Assembly: GCF_042216475.1 (NCBI RefSeq)
Contig: NZ_JBDGTV010000016.1
Location: 26,778 to 90,777 of the forward strand
Source of the DNA: Halosegnis sp.
GTDB taxonomy: Archaea > Halobacteriota > Halobacteria > Halobacteriales > Haloarculaceae
Reading direction: 5' to 3'
DNA: 64,000 nucleotides
Every line of letters begins with the position of its first letter. Within the stretch, counting starts at the first letter, position 1. The notes below the pieces were generated by a model. The model was not told the DNA's origin. It saw only the letters and a list, made by a program, of their open reading frames with translations, and searched no databases. Positions 37,945-45,948 of the stretch are shown here, one piece after another. A program made the position numbers and the translations under genes.

Positions 37945-38151
37945 TTAAGCGTTACCTGGTTCCTGTACCGGGTTGTAGTCGCCATTGATGTCCCACTCGT
38001 GGATGCAGGTAGCCGACCCCTCCTCCCCGTCGATGACCCATGTACCCACGTCTTCGTCCCAGCGGTCCTCACGGCCACACAGCTCGCACGTGCGCTCGGT
38101 TGGAGGGACGATGACTTCTGACATGTTCTTCGGGACGTCGCGGGCGGGCAT
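37945..38151 (-). CDS. HEWD-motif small protein (Cys/His-containing)
   Basis: CELCGRED...CIHEWD. An alternative start lies at 38124 (MSEVIVPP). Confidence 0.55.
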   Translation of the reverse strand: MPARDVPKNMSEVIVPPTERTCELCGREDRWDEDVGTWVIDGEEGSATCIHEWDINGDYNPVQEPGNA

Positions 38152-38247
38152 GAATCCTGTGTCGTGGCACTTGACTTCCTCCCACGGCGGAAACTGTGGG
38201 TTTTCGTCTTGAACAAGTGTAAACCGTAGGTCGCCGTACCAACGGTG

Positions 38248-38826
38248 ATGCCAGAGCGTCGACGCGTCCTTGCCGGGCTGGGAGCCGCGGTAACCGCTGG
38301 GTTCGCCGGCTGTGGCTCTGCCTCGCGGACGGCGACACCGGACGCTCTCCGGTTCACCGTGCCTGCGCTCGCCGACGGGACGGTACCGACCCGGCTAACG
38401 TGTGACGGCGATGGTACGTCGCCGCGTGTGGAGATCGACGCCGTGCCGCCGCCGACGGAATCTATCGCGCTCATCTTCACCTTTCCCGACGACATCGCCT
38501 CACAGGTGACGCTGTGGACGATGTGGAACGTGCCGCCAGAAACGGAGACGGTACCGGCGGACGTCCCGGCAACCGAGCGAGTGGCCGCGCTAAACGGTGC
38601 CCGACAGGGACGCAATGCCCGCGGTGACATCGGTTACCTGCCGGTGTGTCCGCCGCCGGGTCGCTCATACGAGCACTGGTTCACGCTATATGCATGCCGG
38701 CGGCAGCTCGATCTCGAGGCCGGTGCCTCGCGGGACGCATTGGCGGAGGAATTGGAGACAGCGACGCTTGCCTCGAAACGGGTAGTAGCAACCTACGAGC
38801 GGTCGATGAATACAACCTCTTCGTAA
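38248..38826 (+). CDS. PEBP / YbhB-YbcL family protein with Tat-lipoprotein signal
   Basis: The leader is MPERRRVLAGLGAAVTAGFAGCGS (RR motif plus lipobox Cys), followed by a PEBP-like core. Confidence 0.7.
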   Translation: MPERRRVLAGLGAAVTAGFAGCGSASRTATPDALRFTVPALADGTVPTRLTCDGDGTSPRVEIDAVPPPTESIALIFTFPDDIASQVTLWTMWNVPPETETVPADVPATERVAALNGARQGRNARGDIGYLPVCPPPGRSYEHWFTLYACRRQLDLEAGASRDALAEELETATLASKRVVATYERSMNTTSS

Positions 38827-39320
38827 GAGTCACCGTCGATAGTGGTCTCGCCGCGCTCGTCAGTACGCTCGAAGCCGCAGGCCGCAAAGAAATCCGTAGC
38901 GGTCTCATTGGCCGCAAGCGCCATCGCACGGACCGTCTCGTAACCGCGCTCATGGAGTCGCTGACGGGCTGCGTTCACCAGTTCCCGGCCCACACCGCGT
39001 CCGCGAGCGTCCGGTCGCACATACACACGGAGGATGTCACCGGTTTCGGCCGTCGCGTCATCGTCTTCGCGGGGGGCAAAGGCGTGGACGAATCCCACCA
39101 CGCAGTCGTCTTCTTCGGCTAATAGGAGCACGTGGGTCGGGTCAGCCGCATCTCGTCTGATACGCTCGGGATCGTACCAATCGCGCGCGGCCGCGCCAGG
39201 GTGTTCGCGAGCGAGCAGGTCAGGATAGTCGTGCTCCCACGCCGCGGCGGCGACGGCCTCTATCGCCTGTGCATCGGACTCCTCGGCCGGCCGGACCTCC
39301 AGCGACACGGACATATTCAT
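38793..39320 (-). CDS. GNAT-family N-acetyltransferase
   Basis: The ATG at 39320 was chosen. The motif is VRPDARGRGVGREL. Its 3' end overlaps the PEBP gene by 34 nt. Confidence 0.8.
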   Translation of the reverse strand: MNMSVSLEVRPAEESDAQAIEAVAAAAWEHDYPDLLAREHPGAAARDWYDPERIRRDAADPTHVLLLAEEDDCVVGFVHAFAPREDDDATAETGDILRVYVRPDARGRGVGRELVNAARQRLHERGYETVRAMALAANETATDFFAACGFERTDERGETTIDGDSYEEVVFIDRS

Positions 39321-39388
39321 CTGTAGGCAGGCCGAACGGAAACGCGTTGTCCCGCCGCGACTAAGCCACTTGCCCCCGAGCAACCGGT

Positions 39389-39952
39389 ATGGGCTTTCAT
39401 ACGTTCGATGCTGATCGAGCGGCGACGCTTGACGACCCTGCGCGCTTCGAGCACTGCTCGGTCGAAGAACTGTTCGGCCTCCTCCCGCCAGACACGGCAG
39501 CGACCGTCGCCGATCTTGGGAGCGGCACCGGCCTCTATACTGAGCGGCTGGCGCAGGCATACAGCCGGGTGTATGGCGTCGACGTGCAGGCTGCGATGCA
39601 CGACTACTACCGCGAGCGAGGAATTGCCACCAACGTCGATCTTGTGCGCGCAGATATCGTTGATCTCCCTTTCTCTGATGGGGAACTAGACGGCGCCGTC
39701 TCTACGTTCACCTTCCACGAGTTCGCAGACGTGTCGGCGCTGGCAGAGTGTCGCCGGACACTCCGGGCTGGGGCATCCCTTGCGTTGGTCGACTGGTCGG
39801 CAGCAGGCCCCGGTGAAGCCGGCCCACCGACAGCTGAGCGGTACGACGCCGCGGCAGCGGCAGATCTGCTGGCCGAGGCGGGATTCGTGGTGGAGACAGC
39901 CTGCGAGCGATGCGAGACGTTTGCGGCTCTCGCTCGCACCCCGCAGAACTGA
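39389..39952 (+). CDS. Class I SAM-dependent methyltransferase
   Basis: VADLGSGTGLYT is motif I, and the acidic loop VYGVD follows. Confidence 0.8.
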   Translation: MGFHTFDADRAATLDDPARFEHCSVEELFGLLPPDTAATVADLGSGTGLYTERLAQAYSRVYGVDVQAAMHDYYRERGIATNVDLVRADIVDLPFSDGELDGAVSTFTFHEFADVSALAECRRTLRAGASLALVDWSAAGPGEAGPPTAERYDAAAAADLLAEAGFVVETACERCETFAALARTPQN

Positions 39953-40060
39953 CCATCCGTCCACCATAGAATTTTCTGGGCGGCAGCATATTAGGTAATT
40001 AGAGACGTAATAATAGAAATAGGAACAGAATTTAGGGAGATAGTGCGTTATGAAAGAAAC

Positions 40061-40192
40061 ATGCAACACGACCCCTCGTCCACGGATGTAAGCCTGTACG
40101 AGTGTTACGAGTGTGGCGCCCGCGTTGAGAGCGACGGTGTCTGCCCGGAGTGTGCTGGCGAAGTCCGGAATCTAACGGTCCCCCGCAACTAG
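40061..40192 (+). CDS. 43-aa zinc-ribbon microprotein (CxxC...CPxC)
   Basis: Not in the ORF track (under 60 aa). It reads MQHDPSSTDVSLYECYECGARVESDGVCPECAGEVRNLTVPRN. It is preceded by an AT-rich promoter-like island, and its TAG shares CTAG with the convergent gene's stop. Confidence 0.6.
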   Translation: MQHDPSSTDVSLYECYECGARVESDGVCPECAGEVRNLTVPRN

Positions 40193-40653
40193 AAGTCGGG
40201 GAGGTCTTCGGGCGCGTCGAACTCCGACTCCCAGTCGATGTACTCTTCTTTGAGCACGTCACAGACCGTCTGGCCCAACTCCGTTAGCCCGGCGTTGATA
40301 GTCGATACCCGGTTCCACGATTTGAGATCGGGGTGGAGTTCTCGCTCCTTCCAGTCTTCCGGAATGCCAGGGGCGTGGTAGCCGACCCGGTCGGCGAAAT
40401 CGTCCCAGAAGAAGTCGAAACCAGCAGTCAGCCCGAGATCAGTGACCACAGCCCAGTCGTTCTCGTCGAGCGTTGTGCTCTCGGCCCACTGCTCGAAGGC
40501 CGTCACCCATGCGCCCTCTCGAAGGAATGTCTGGAGCTCTTCCCGGCGGTAATCCTCGCTTCCAGGATCAGTATCAGCATACTCGCCGGCATCGTGGCCG
40601 ACAGCGAGGGATGGTGGGTCAGGCGGGTCGGCGTCAAGGCTCATACTCGTCAT
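40189..40653 (-). CDS. Acidic conserved hypothetical protein
   Basis: 154-aa very acidic, Trp-rich ORF. Confidence 0.5.
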   Translation of the reverse strand: MTSMSLDADPPDPPSLAVGHDAGEYADTDPGSEDYRREELQTFLREGAWVTAFEQWAESTTLDENDWAVVTDLGLTAGFDFFWDDFADRVGYHAPGIPEDWKERELHPDLKSWNRVSTINAGLTELGQTVCDVLKEEYIDWESEFDAPEDLPDF

Positions 40654-40747
40654 TGCGGCCGAGTGGCTTTATTCACCCGGGTCCCGACCCGTGCCGGCAT
40701 CGGCCTACCCCGACAGCTACAAACGGCCGCGGCTGCAGTCTCCGGTG

Positions 40748-42229
40748 ATGAGTGGGCAGGCGCCGGAGTCGGCGGGCGAAGTCCGCGTCGTCGGTACCGC
40801 GCACGTCTCTGCAGACAGCGTCGACGAAGTAAAGCGAGTCATCGAGTCGGAGCAGCCCGACATCGTCGCTGTGGAACTTGACGAGGGTCGCTACCGACAG
40901 CTGAAAGGAAAGACGCCCGACAATCTTGAGGCCGCGGACCTGCTCGAAGGGAACACTGTCTTCCAGTTTCTCGCATACTGGATGCTCTCGTATGTACAGG
41001 CGCGCATGGGCGAGCGGTTCGATATCACACCGGGCGCCGATATGCTCGCGGCTGTGGAGACCGCTGAGGAACTCGGGCTTGATGTTGCACTTGTGGACCG
41101 CGACATCCAGGTGACCATCCAGCGATTCTGGGCGCGGCTGTCGACATTAGAGAAACTGAAGCTAATCGGCTCACTTGCGCTTGGCGCCGGCGATCCCGTC
41201 GTCGTCGGGCTTGGGGTAGGAGGGATGGTCGGAGCGCTGCTCGCCGTCCCGGCCGTCGCGTTGTTCGGACCGGTCGTCGTCCCTGCAGGACTCGCACTGC
41301 CGGGGCTCGTCGTCTCGGTCGTTGACTTCCTGCTGGTGGCGGCACTCGTCGGCCTCTCCTTTGGCGTCGCGCTCGCCGTAGCCTTCGGACTCACCGGCCC
41401 GGATGAGGACATGGAGGAACTCGACCTTTCAGAGCTGACTGATGCCGACGTGGTGACGGCAATGATGGAAGAGTTCCGCCGATTCTCGCCAGGGGGCGCG
41501 GAGGCGCTCATCGACGAGCGGGATGCCTACATCGCTCATCGTTTAGTCGCGCTGCGCGAGTCGGGCAAGCGAGTCGTTACGGTAGTCGGTGCGGGCCACC
41601 GCGAAGGCATCGAATCGTACCTCGAGCGGCCGGAGACACTGCCAGATCCGGCGACACTCACCGGCCGGCAGGCATCAGGCTTCTCAGTGTACAAGCTGTT
41701 CGGCTACCTGTTCACGCTCGGCTTCCTCGCCTTCTTTGGGCTGGTAGCGATGGCGGGCGTCTCGAACGGCTTCCTGCTCCGGCTATTCGGGGCGTGGTTC
41801 CTCGTCAACGCTATCTTTTCGGCGGGGCTGGCGAAGCTGGCGGGTGCCCACTGGCAGTCGGCGGGTGTGGGCGGCGCTGTCGCGTGGCTCACCTCCGTTA
41901 ACCCACTTCTGGCGCCCGGCTGGTTCGCCGGCTATGTCGAACTCCGCTACATCGACGTCAACGTCGCCGATATCGCCCGGCTCAACGATATCGTCTCCGA
42001 CGAGGATCGACCGATTCGACAGCTGCTCGGTGACCTCCGGGCCGTACCGCTGTTCCGCCTTATCGCCGTCGTCGCGCTGACAAACGTCGGCTCGTTCGTC
42101 GGGAGCCTCCTGTTCGCGACGGTACTCATCCCGTACCTGTTCGCGGACGTCGGCGGGCCCGACGAGGTGGCACGGCTCATGCTCGAGGGCGCCCAGAACA
42201 GCCTCGACCTGCTGGTGGGGCTCGTATGA
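40748..42229 (+). CDS. TraB/PrgY/GumN-family protein with C-terminal multi-TM domain
   Basis: The ATG at 40748 was chosen. Motifs are VVGTAHVSADSVDEV, VAVELDEGR and GAGHREGI, followed by about five hydrophobic helices. Confidence 0.8.
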   Translation: MSGQAPESAGEVRVVGTAHVSADSVDEVKRVIESEQPDIVAVELDEGRYRQLKGKTPDNLEAADLLEGNTVFQFLAYWMLSYVQARMGERFDITPGADMLAAVETAEELGLDVALVDRDIQVTIQRFWARLSTLEKLKLIGSLALGAGDPVVVGLGVGGMVGALLAVPAVALFGPVVVPAGLALPGLVVSVVDFLLVAALVGLSFGVALAVAFGLTGPDEDMEELDLSELTDADVVTAMMEEFRRFSPGGAEALIDERDAYIAHRLVALRESGKRVVTVVGAGHREGIESYLERPETLPDPATLTGRQASGFSVYKLFGYLFTLGFLAFFGLVAMAGVSNGFLLRLFGAWFLVNAIFSAGLAKLAGAHWQSAGVGGAVAWLTSVNPLLAPGWFAGYVELRYIDVNVADIARLNDIVSDEDRPIRQLLGDLRAVPLFRLIAVVALTNVGSFVGSLLFATVLIPYLFADVGGPDEVARLMLEGAQNSLDLLVGLV

Positions 42230-42858
42230 GCGGCCGCATCCGGTTCGCCCGCGAGGAACTGCGCGATATCGGCGCTGCGTGGGGGCTGTTGTCGCTCGCG
42301 TTCACGTTCTTTATCGTACGGACGAGCCGGTACGCCATCCTGCCAGATCCGACGTCGGTACCGATCGGCTACCTTGCATCCGTCTTCGTCGCTTCGCTGC
42401 TAACGGTTGGCGTGGGGTTCCTGCTGCATGAACTCGCCCACAAGGTGGTGGCCGTTCGATTCGGCCAGATCGCGGCCTTCCGGGCCGACTACGGAATGCT
42501 CGGGCTGGCCGTCCTTGGCGGGCTGGCAGGCTTCCTGTTCGCCGCGCCGGGAGCGGTGTACCATCGTGGCCGGATCACCCCCCGTGAGCATGGGCTTATC
42601 GCGCTGGCCGGCCCGGTGGTGAACGTCGCGCTCGCAGCCGCGTTCGTCCCGCTGTGGCTCGTCGGCGGTCCAGTAGGGGAAGCCGGCCAACTCGGCGTCG
42701 TGGTCAACGCCGTGCTCGCCGGCTTCAATATGCTCCCTTTCGGCCCGCTCGACGGCGCAACCGTCCGGGCGTGGAGCACACTCGTGTTCGCCATCGCCTT
42801 CGTCATCTGTGTCGGGACAGGGCTGTTGGCGTACCTGTTCGTGGGCTTCCCGTTCTAG
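42226..42858 (+). CDS. Site-2 protease (peptidase M50) family minimal membrane metalloprotease
   Basis: It overlaps the TraB gene through an ATGA junction. HELAH lies in a TM helix, and NMLPFGPLDG is present. Confidence 0.8.
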   Translation: MSGRIRFAREELRDIGAAWGLLSLAFTFFIVRTSRYAILPDPTSVPIGYLASVFVASLLTVGVGFLLHELAHKVVAVRFGQIAAFRADYGMLGLAVLGGLAGFLFAAPGAVYHRGRITPREHGLIALAGPVVNVALAAAFVPLWLVGGPVGEAGQLGVVVNAVLAGFNMLPFGPLDGATVRAWSTLVFAIAFVICVGTGLLAYLFVGFPF

Positions 42859-42901
42859 ACGGGACCGCAACCGCTATGCGGTCGTCGCCCGCGGTGTCCG
42901 T

Positions 42902-43879
42902 ATGACCGATGAGGCCGACGAGGAACTGACATACGCGGCGGCCGGCGTGGACATCGAGGCGAGCGAGGCGGCGACGGCAGCGCTTGTCGGCGCAGTCGGC
43001 GAGTTCGAAGGCGACTACGCGGGGCTAGTTGAGGTCGGCGACCGATATCTCGCGCTCGCGACGGACGGCGTCGGCACGAAGTTGCTTGTCGCGGAGGCGC
43101 TGGGCGACTACTCGACAGTTGCCATCGACTGCATTGCGATGAACGTCAACGACCTCGCAGCTGCGGGCGTGACGCCGGTAGCATTCGTTGACTACCTCGC
43201 CGTCGACGAACCCGACGAGCGGTTCGCAGAGCAGGTGGGTGAGGGGCTCCGCCGGGGCGCAGAGGCGGTCGGAATGGCACTGGTCGGCGGCGAGACGGCC
43301 GTGATGCCGGAGGTGGTGAAGGGGCTCGACCTGGCGGGAACCTGTGCGGGGCTCGCGACCGCTGACGAACTGTTCCCTAGTGAGGCGGAGGCCGGTGATA
43401 CGCTCGTCGGCTGGCGGTCGTCGGGGATCCACTCGAATGGGCTGACGCTCGCGCGGCGGGCGGCGACCCGCGACGGCGGCCGCTATGACGACCCGTTCCC
43501 CTACGAGGGGTACGACACTGTGGGAGAGGCGCTCCTCGAGCCGACGCGGCTCTACACCGACCTGCTCGATCCGCTCCACGACGTGGAGACGCACGCCTGC
43601 GCACACGTCACCGGCGGTGGCTGGACGAACCTCGCGCGGATGGGTGAGTTCGCATACGATGTGACCAATCCCTACGAGCCTCAGCAGGTGTTCAAGTTCA
43701 TCCAAGGCCGGGGGAATGTCGCCGACGAGGAGATGTACCGCACGTTCAACATGGGGACAGGGTTCGTCGCGGCGCTCCCCGAGCACGACGCCGATCGGGT
43801 GGCCGACCGGACCGACGGGCGCGTAATTGGCCAGGTGCGAGAGGGCGAAGGCGTCGAGATACGCGGGCTGTCGCTGTAG
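42902..43879 (+). CDS. purM: Phosphoribosylformylglycinamidine cyclo-ligase (AIR synthetase)
   Basis: The ATG at 42902 was chosen. Motifs are YAAAGVDIEA, ATDGVGTKL, DYLA and HVTGGG. Confidence 0.9.
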   Translation: MTDEADEELTYAAAGVDIEASEAATAALVGAVGEFEGDYAGLVEVGDRYLALATDGVGTKLLVAEALGDYSTVAIDCIAMNVNDLAAAGVTPVAFVDYLAVDEPDERFAEQVGEGLRRGAEAVGMALVGGETAVMPEVVKGLDLAGTCAGLATADELFPSEAEAGDTLVGWRSSGIHSNGLTLARRAATRDGGRYDDPFPYEGYDTVGEALLEPTRLYTDLLDPLHDVETHACAHVTGGGWTNLARMGEFAYDVTNPYEPQQVFKFIQGRGNVADEEMYRTFNMGTGFVAALPEHDADRVADRTDGRVIGQVREGEGVEIRGLSL

Positions 43880-43918
43880 TGCCGACCGGTTTATCACGCC
43901 GGCGCGCCCACAATCGCT

Positions 43919-44521
43919 ATGACCAACGGGGCTGGCAGCGAAGAGCAGAACCTCTTCATTACCGTCTCCGGTACGCCCGGGTCGGGTGTTACCACGCTGT
44001 GTGAGGGTCTCGCTGACGAACTTGATTGCGGCTATGTCTCCGGCGGGGAGGTGTTCCGCGAACTCGCCGAGGAGCGGGGAAAGACACTGACGGAACTGGT
44101 CGCTGAAGCCGGCGAGTCCGACGAGATTGATCGTGCGCTCGACCGGCGGCTCTCGCGTATCGCCGAACAGTGGGGGACCGCTAACAAGAGTTTCATTCTC
44201 GAGTCACGGCTCGCCGGCTGGCTCGCTGGGAACCGCGCGGACCTGCGCGTGTGGCTGGACGCCCCCGACGAGGTGCGGGTCGCACGCACCAGCGACCGCG
44301 AGGAGATGGAGGCGGAGATGCGTGTTCGAGAGGTCATTGAAGCGAGTCGCTATGAGTCGTACTACGGCATCGACCTCTCGGATCGCTCCATTTATGATTT
44401 AGTCGTGAACACCGGCCGGTGGAGTTCCGCCGCGGTCCGACAGCTCGTGCTCACTGGCATCGAATCATACGATCCTGACGCGGATGAGGGAGCGTTCGAG
44501 ACGCCGGAATTCAATCCTTAG
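43919..44521 (+). CDS. cmk: Archaeal-type cytidylate kinase
   Basis: 200 aa with the P-loop ITVSGTPGSGVTT. Confidence 0.75.
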   Translation: MTNGAGSEEQNLFITVSGTPGSGVTTLCEGLADELDCGYVSGGEVFRELAEERGKTLTELVAEAGESDEIDRALDRRLSRIAEQWGTANKSFILESRLAGWLAGNRADLRVWLDAPDEVRVARTSDREEMEAEMRVREVIEASRYESYYGIDLSDRSIYDLVVNTGRWSSAAVRQLVLTGIESYDPDADEGAFETPEFNP

Positions 44522-45057
44522 CTCAGCCGCGAGGCAACGTCTGCCTCCGTGATGATACCGACAGCCTCGCCGCTCTCGGTCACCATTACGGCCTTATAAT
44601 ACTCGAGCAGGTGTCGGACCTCGTCGATGCTAGCGTCAGCAGCGACGGTAGGGAACGACTCGCTCATATGCTCGGAGACTGGCTTCTCTCGGTCTGCCTC
44701 CGCGAGCCCCACGAGATCAGACTGGGAGATGCTGCCGACTGGCCGGTCGTGCTCGAGCACCGGCAGCTGCGAGTAGGCCTCCTCGTCCATCAATCGAGCG
44801 GCTTCCCGAACGGCGTCGTCCGGCGAGACGCTGACAACGGCCTCGTGCATCAGGTCACGCGCCTTCAGGACGTTCCCCTCCGCCTCTTCTAACGCGGTGA
44901 CGATGCGGCGAAGTGTCGACAGCCGTGGGTCGACATCACCCCCCTCGATGCGGGCGATGAGCGGCTGTGACACGTCCGCTCGGTCGGCCAATTCGCTCTG
45001 GGTCAGCTCCAGCGCCTTCCGCTTCTCGCGGAGATCGGCGGGGGTCGGCAGCTCCAT
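44518..45057 (-). CDS. XRE-type HTH plus CBS-pair domain regulator
   Basis: The N-terminal HTH is LELTQSELADRADVSQPLIARIEGG, followed by two CBS repeats. Confidence 0.8.
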   Translation of the reverse strand: MELPTPADLREKRKALELTQSELADRADVSQPLIARIEGGDVDPRLSTLRRIVTALEEAEGNVLKARDLMHEAVVSVSPDDAVREAARLMDEEAYSQLPVLEHDRPVGSISQSDLVGLAEADREKPVSEHMSESFPTVAADASIDEVRHLLEYYKAVMVTESGEAVGIITEADVASRLS

Positions 45058-45100
45058 GTCTCGTAATGCTCGACGGTTATCCCTAAAACCAACGGTAATC

Positions 45101-45460
45101 TCAGTCCTCCTCTTCCGGCTCCATCTCCATCGTATCGATGACCTTCAGCGGGACGTCACGGAGCGCGCCGCCCACCTCTTTCTTGGCGACGCGGCGCGCG
45201 TGCTGGGTGCTCTCCACGTTGAACACCTTCATCTCTAGCTGAAGGCCGACGAGAGCGGTATCAGCGGCGACGAACACAGAGTCGAACGGCTCGCCGCAGG
45301 CGGGACACGGCGTCGCGCCGACGCCCACCTCGACGTAGTCCATATCCTGTTGATTGAGCCGCTTGCCCGCCTCGCTAACCGCTACACCGATTGCGTCGTC
45401 GACTTCCTCAACATCACGGACCAACCACGCCGCTTCCATCGCGACCAGATAATCGCTCAT
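45101..45460 (-). CDS. UPF0212 / DUF555-family protein
   Basis: 119 aa with a CPACG motif and an acidic tail. Confidence 0.65.
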   Translation of the reverse strand: MSDYLVAMEAAWLVRDVEEVDDAIGVAVSEAGKRLNQQDMDYVEVGVGATPCPACGEPFDSVFVAADTALVGLQLEMKVFNVESTQHARRVAKKEVGGALRDVPLKVIDTMEMEPEEED

Positions 45461-45729
45461 AATGTCACCCAGCGGGGCCGCAAACTTGACACTACGGGAT
45501 TGTCCCGCGCACGTTCCACGGAACCCGCTCGTAAGTTATGGGGATGTTCCCCCATGCCCCTCACGACGTCACGGGTTGCCCGGCACGCGTGCCCCCAGAG
45601 CCAGCCTACCACGGAGCCACGAGGTCAAACCGGCACATCTGGCGTTCCGAGGGCTCTCAGGCCCATATGCGGCGTTGGCCGGGGCCGGTGCGTTTATATA
45701 TTGGTGTCGTCTGTCTTCCGGCTACACCG
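45461..45729. ncRNA. Candidate structured RNA or long structured 5' UTR (unassigned family)
   Basis: A 269-nt gap that stays GC-rich. It has no acidic ORF and no third-position GC bias. It contains at least five short hairpins or palindromes and a long-range pairing that works only for a minus-strand transcript. Confidence 0.3.
45693..45702. promoter_or_regulatory. Near-palindromic TATA element, possibly bidirectional
   Basis: TTTATATATT is the only AT-rich element in the 45461-45729 gap. It lies about 30 nt upstream of ATG 45730 and faces the GC-rich structured region on the other strand. Confidence 0.4.
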
Positions 45730-45888
45730 ATGACGATCCGACCCGCACGGTTCGCGCTGTTCGTCTCATACCAGCTGACAGTCCTACTTGGCGTCCTACT
45801 GATGCCGGTCGCGCTGCTCGCGCGACAGTTCGGCGTGCCGGTTCCGTTCGACCGAGTCCTATCGACGCTCGACAAGCGGGTGGAGTGA
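45730..45888 (+). CDS. 52-aa single/double-TM membrane microprotein
   Basis: MTIRPARFALFVSYQLTVLLGVLLMPVALLARQFGVPVPFDRVLSTLDKRVE. This is the only plausible part of track ORF 45538..45888. TTTATATATT lies about 30 nt upstream. Confidence 0.5.
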   Translation: MTIRPARFALFVSYQLTVLLGVLLMPVALLARQFGVPVPFDRVLSTLDKRVE

Positions 45889-45918
45889 GTCGCGGCGAGC
45901 GGCGACGGAAGGGTGTCG

Positions 45919-45924
45919 TTTATA
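45919..45924 (+). promoter_or_regulatory. TATA box for leaderless psmB
   Basis: TTTATA lies 28 nt upstream of ATG 45949. Confidence 0.45.
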
Positions 45925-45948
45925 CGCGGGCGCAGCCAACACCTGCCA

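Noticed and set aside
39953-40060. The AT-rich island as a replication origin, integration scar or mobile-element end.
   Set aside because: It has no ORB-type repeats, no direct or inverted terminal repeats, and no integrase, transposase or tRNA nearby. It is most simply the promoter region of the 43-aa zinc-ribbon gene.
45513-45524. The dyad GTTCCACGGAAC as an origin recognition box, with the gap as a replication origin.
   Set aside because: It is a single copy, its dyad differs from the TTCCAGTGGAA-type ORB core, there is no flanking AT-rich unwinding element, and no orc1/cdc6 gene lies in the neighbourhood.
45461-45729. SRP (7S) RNA or RNase P RNA in the GC-rich gap.
   Set aside because: I could not find the near-universal SRP helix-8 motif (CCCGGAAGGGAGCA-like GGAA tetraloop) or the RNase P GGAAAGUCC element on either strand. 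The gap is also too short for haloarchaeal RNase P RNA. It is kept only as an unassigned structured-RNA candidate.
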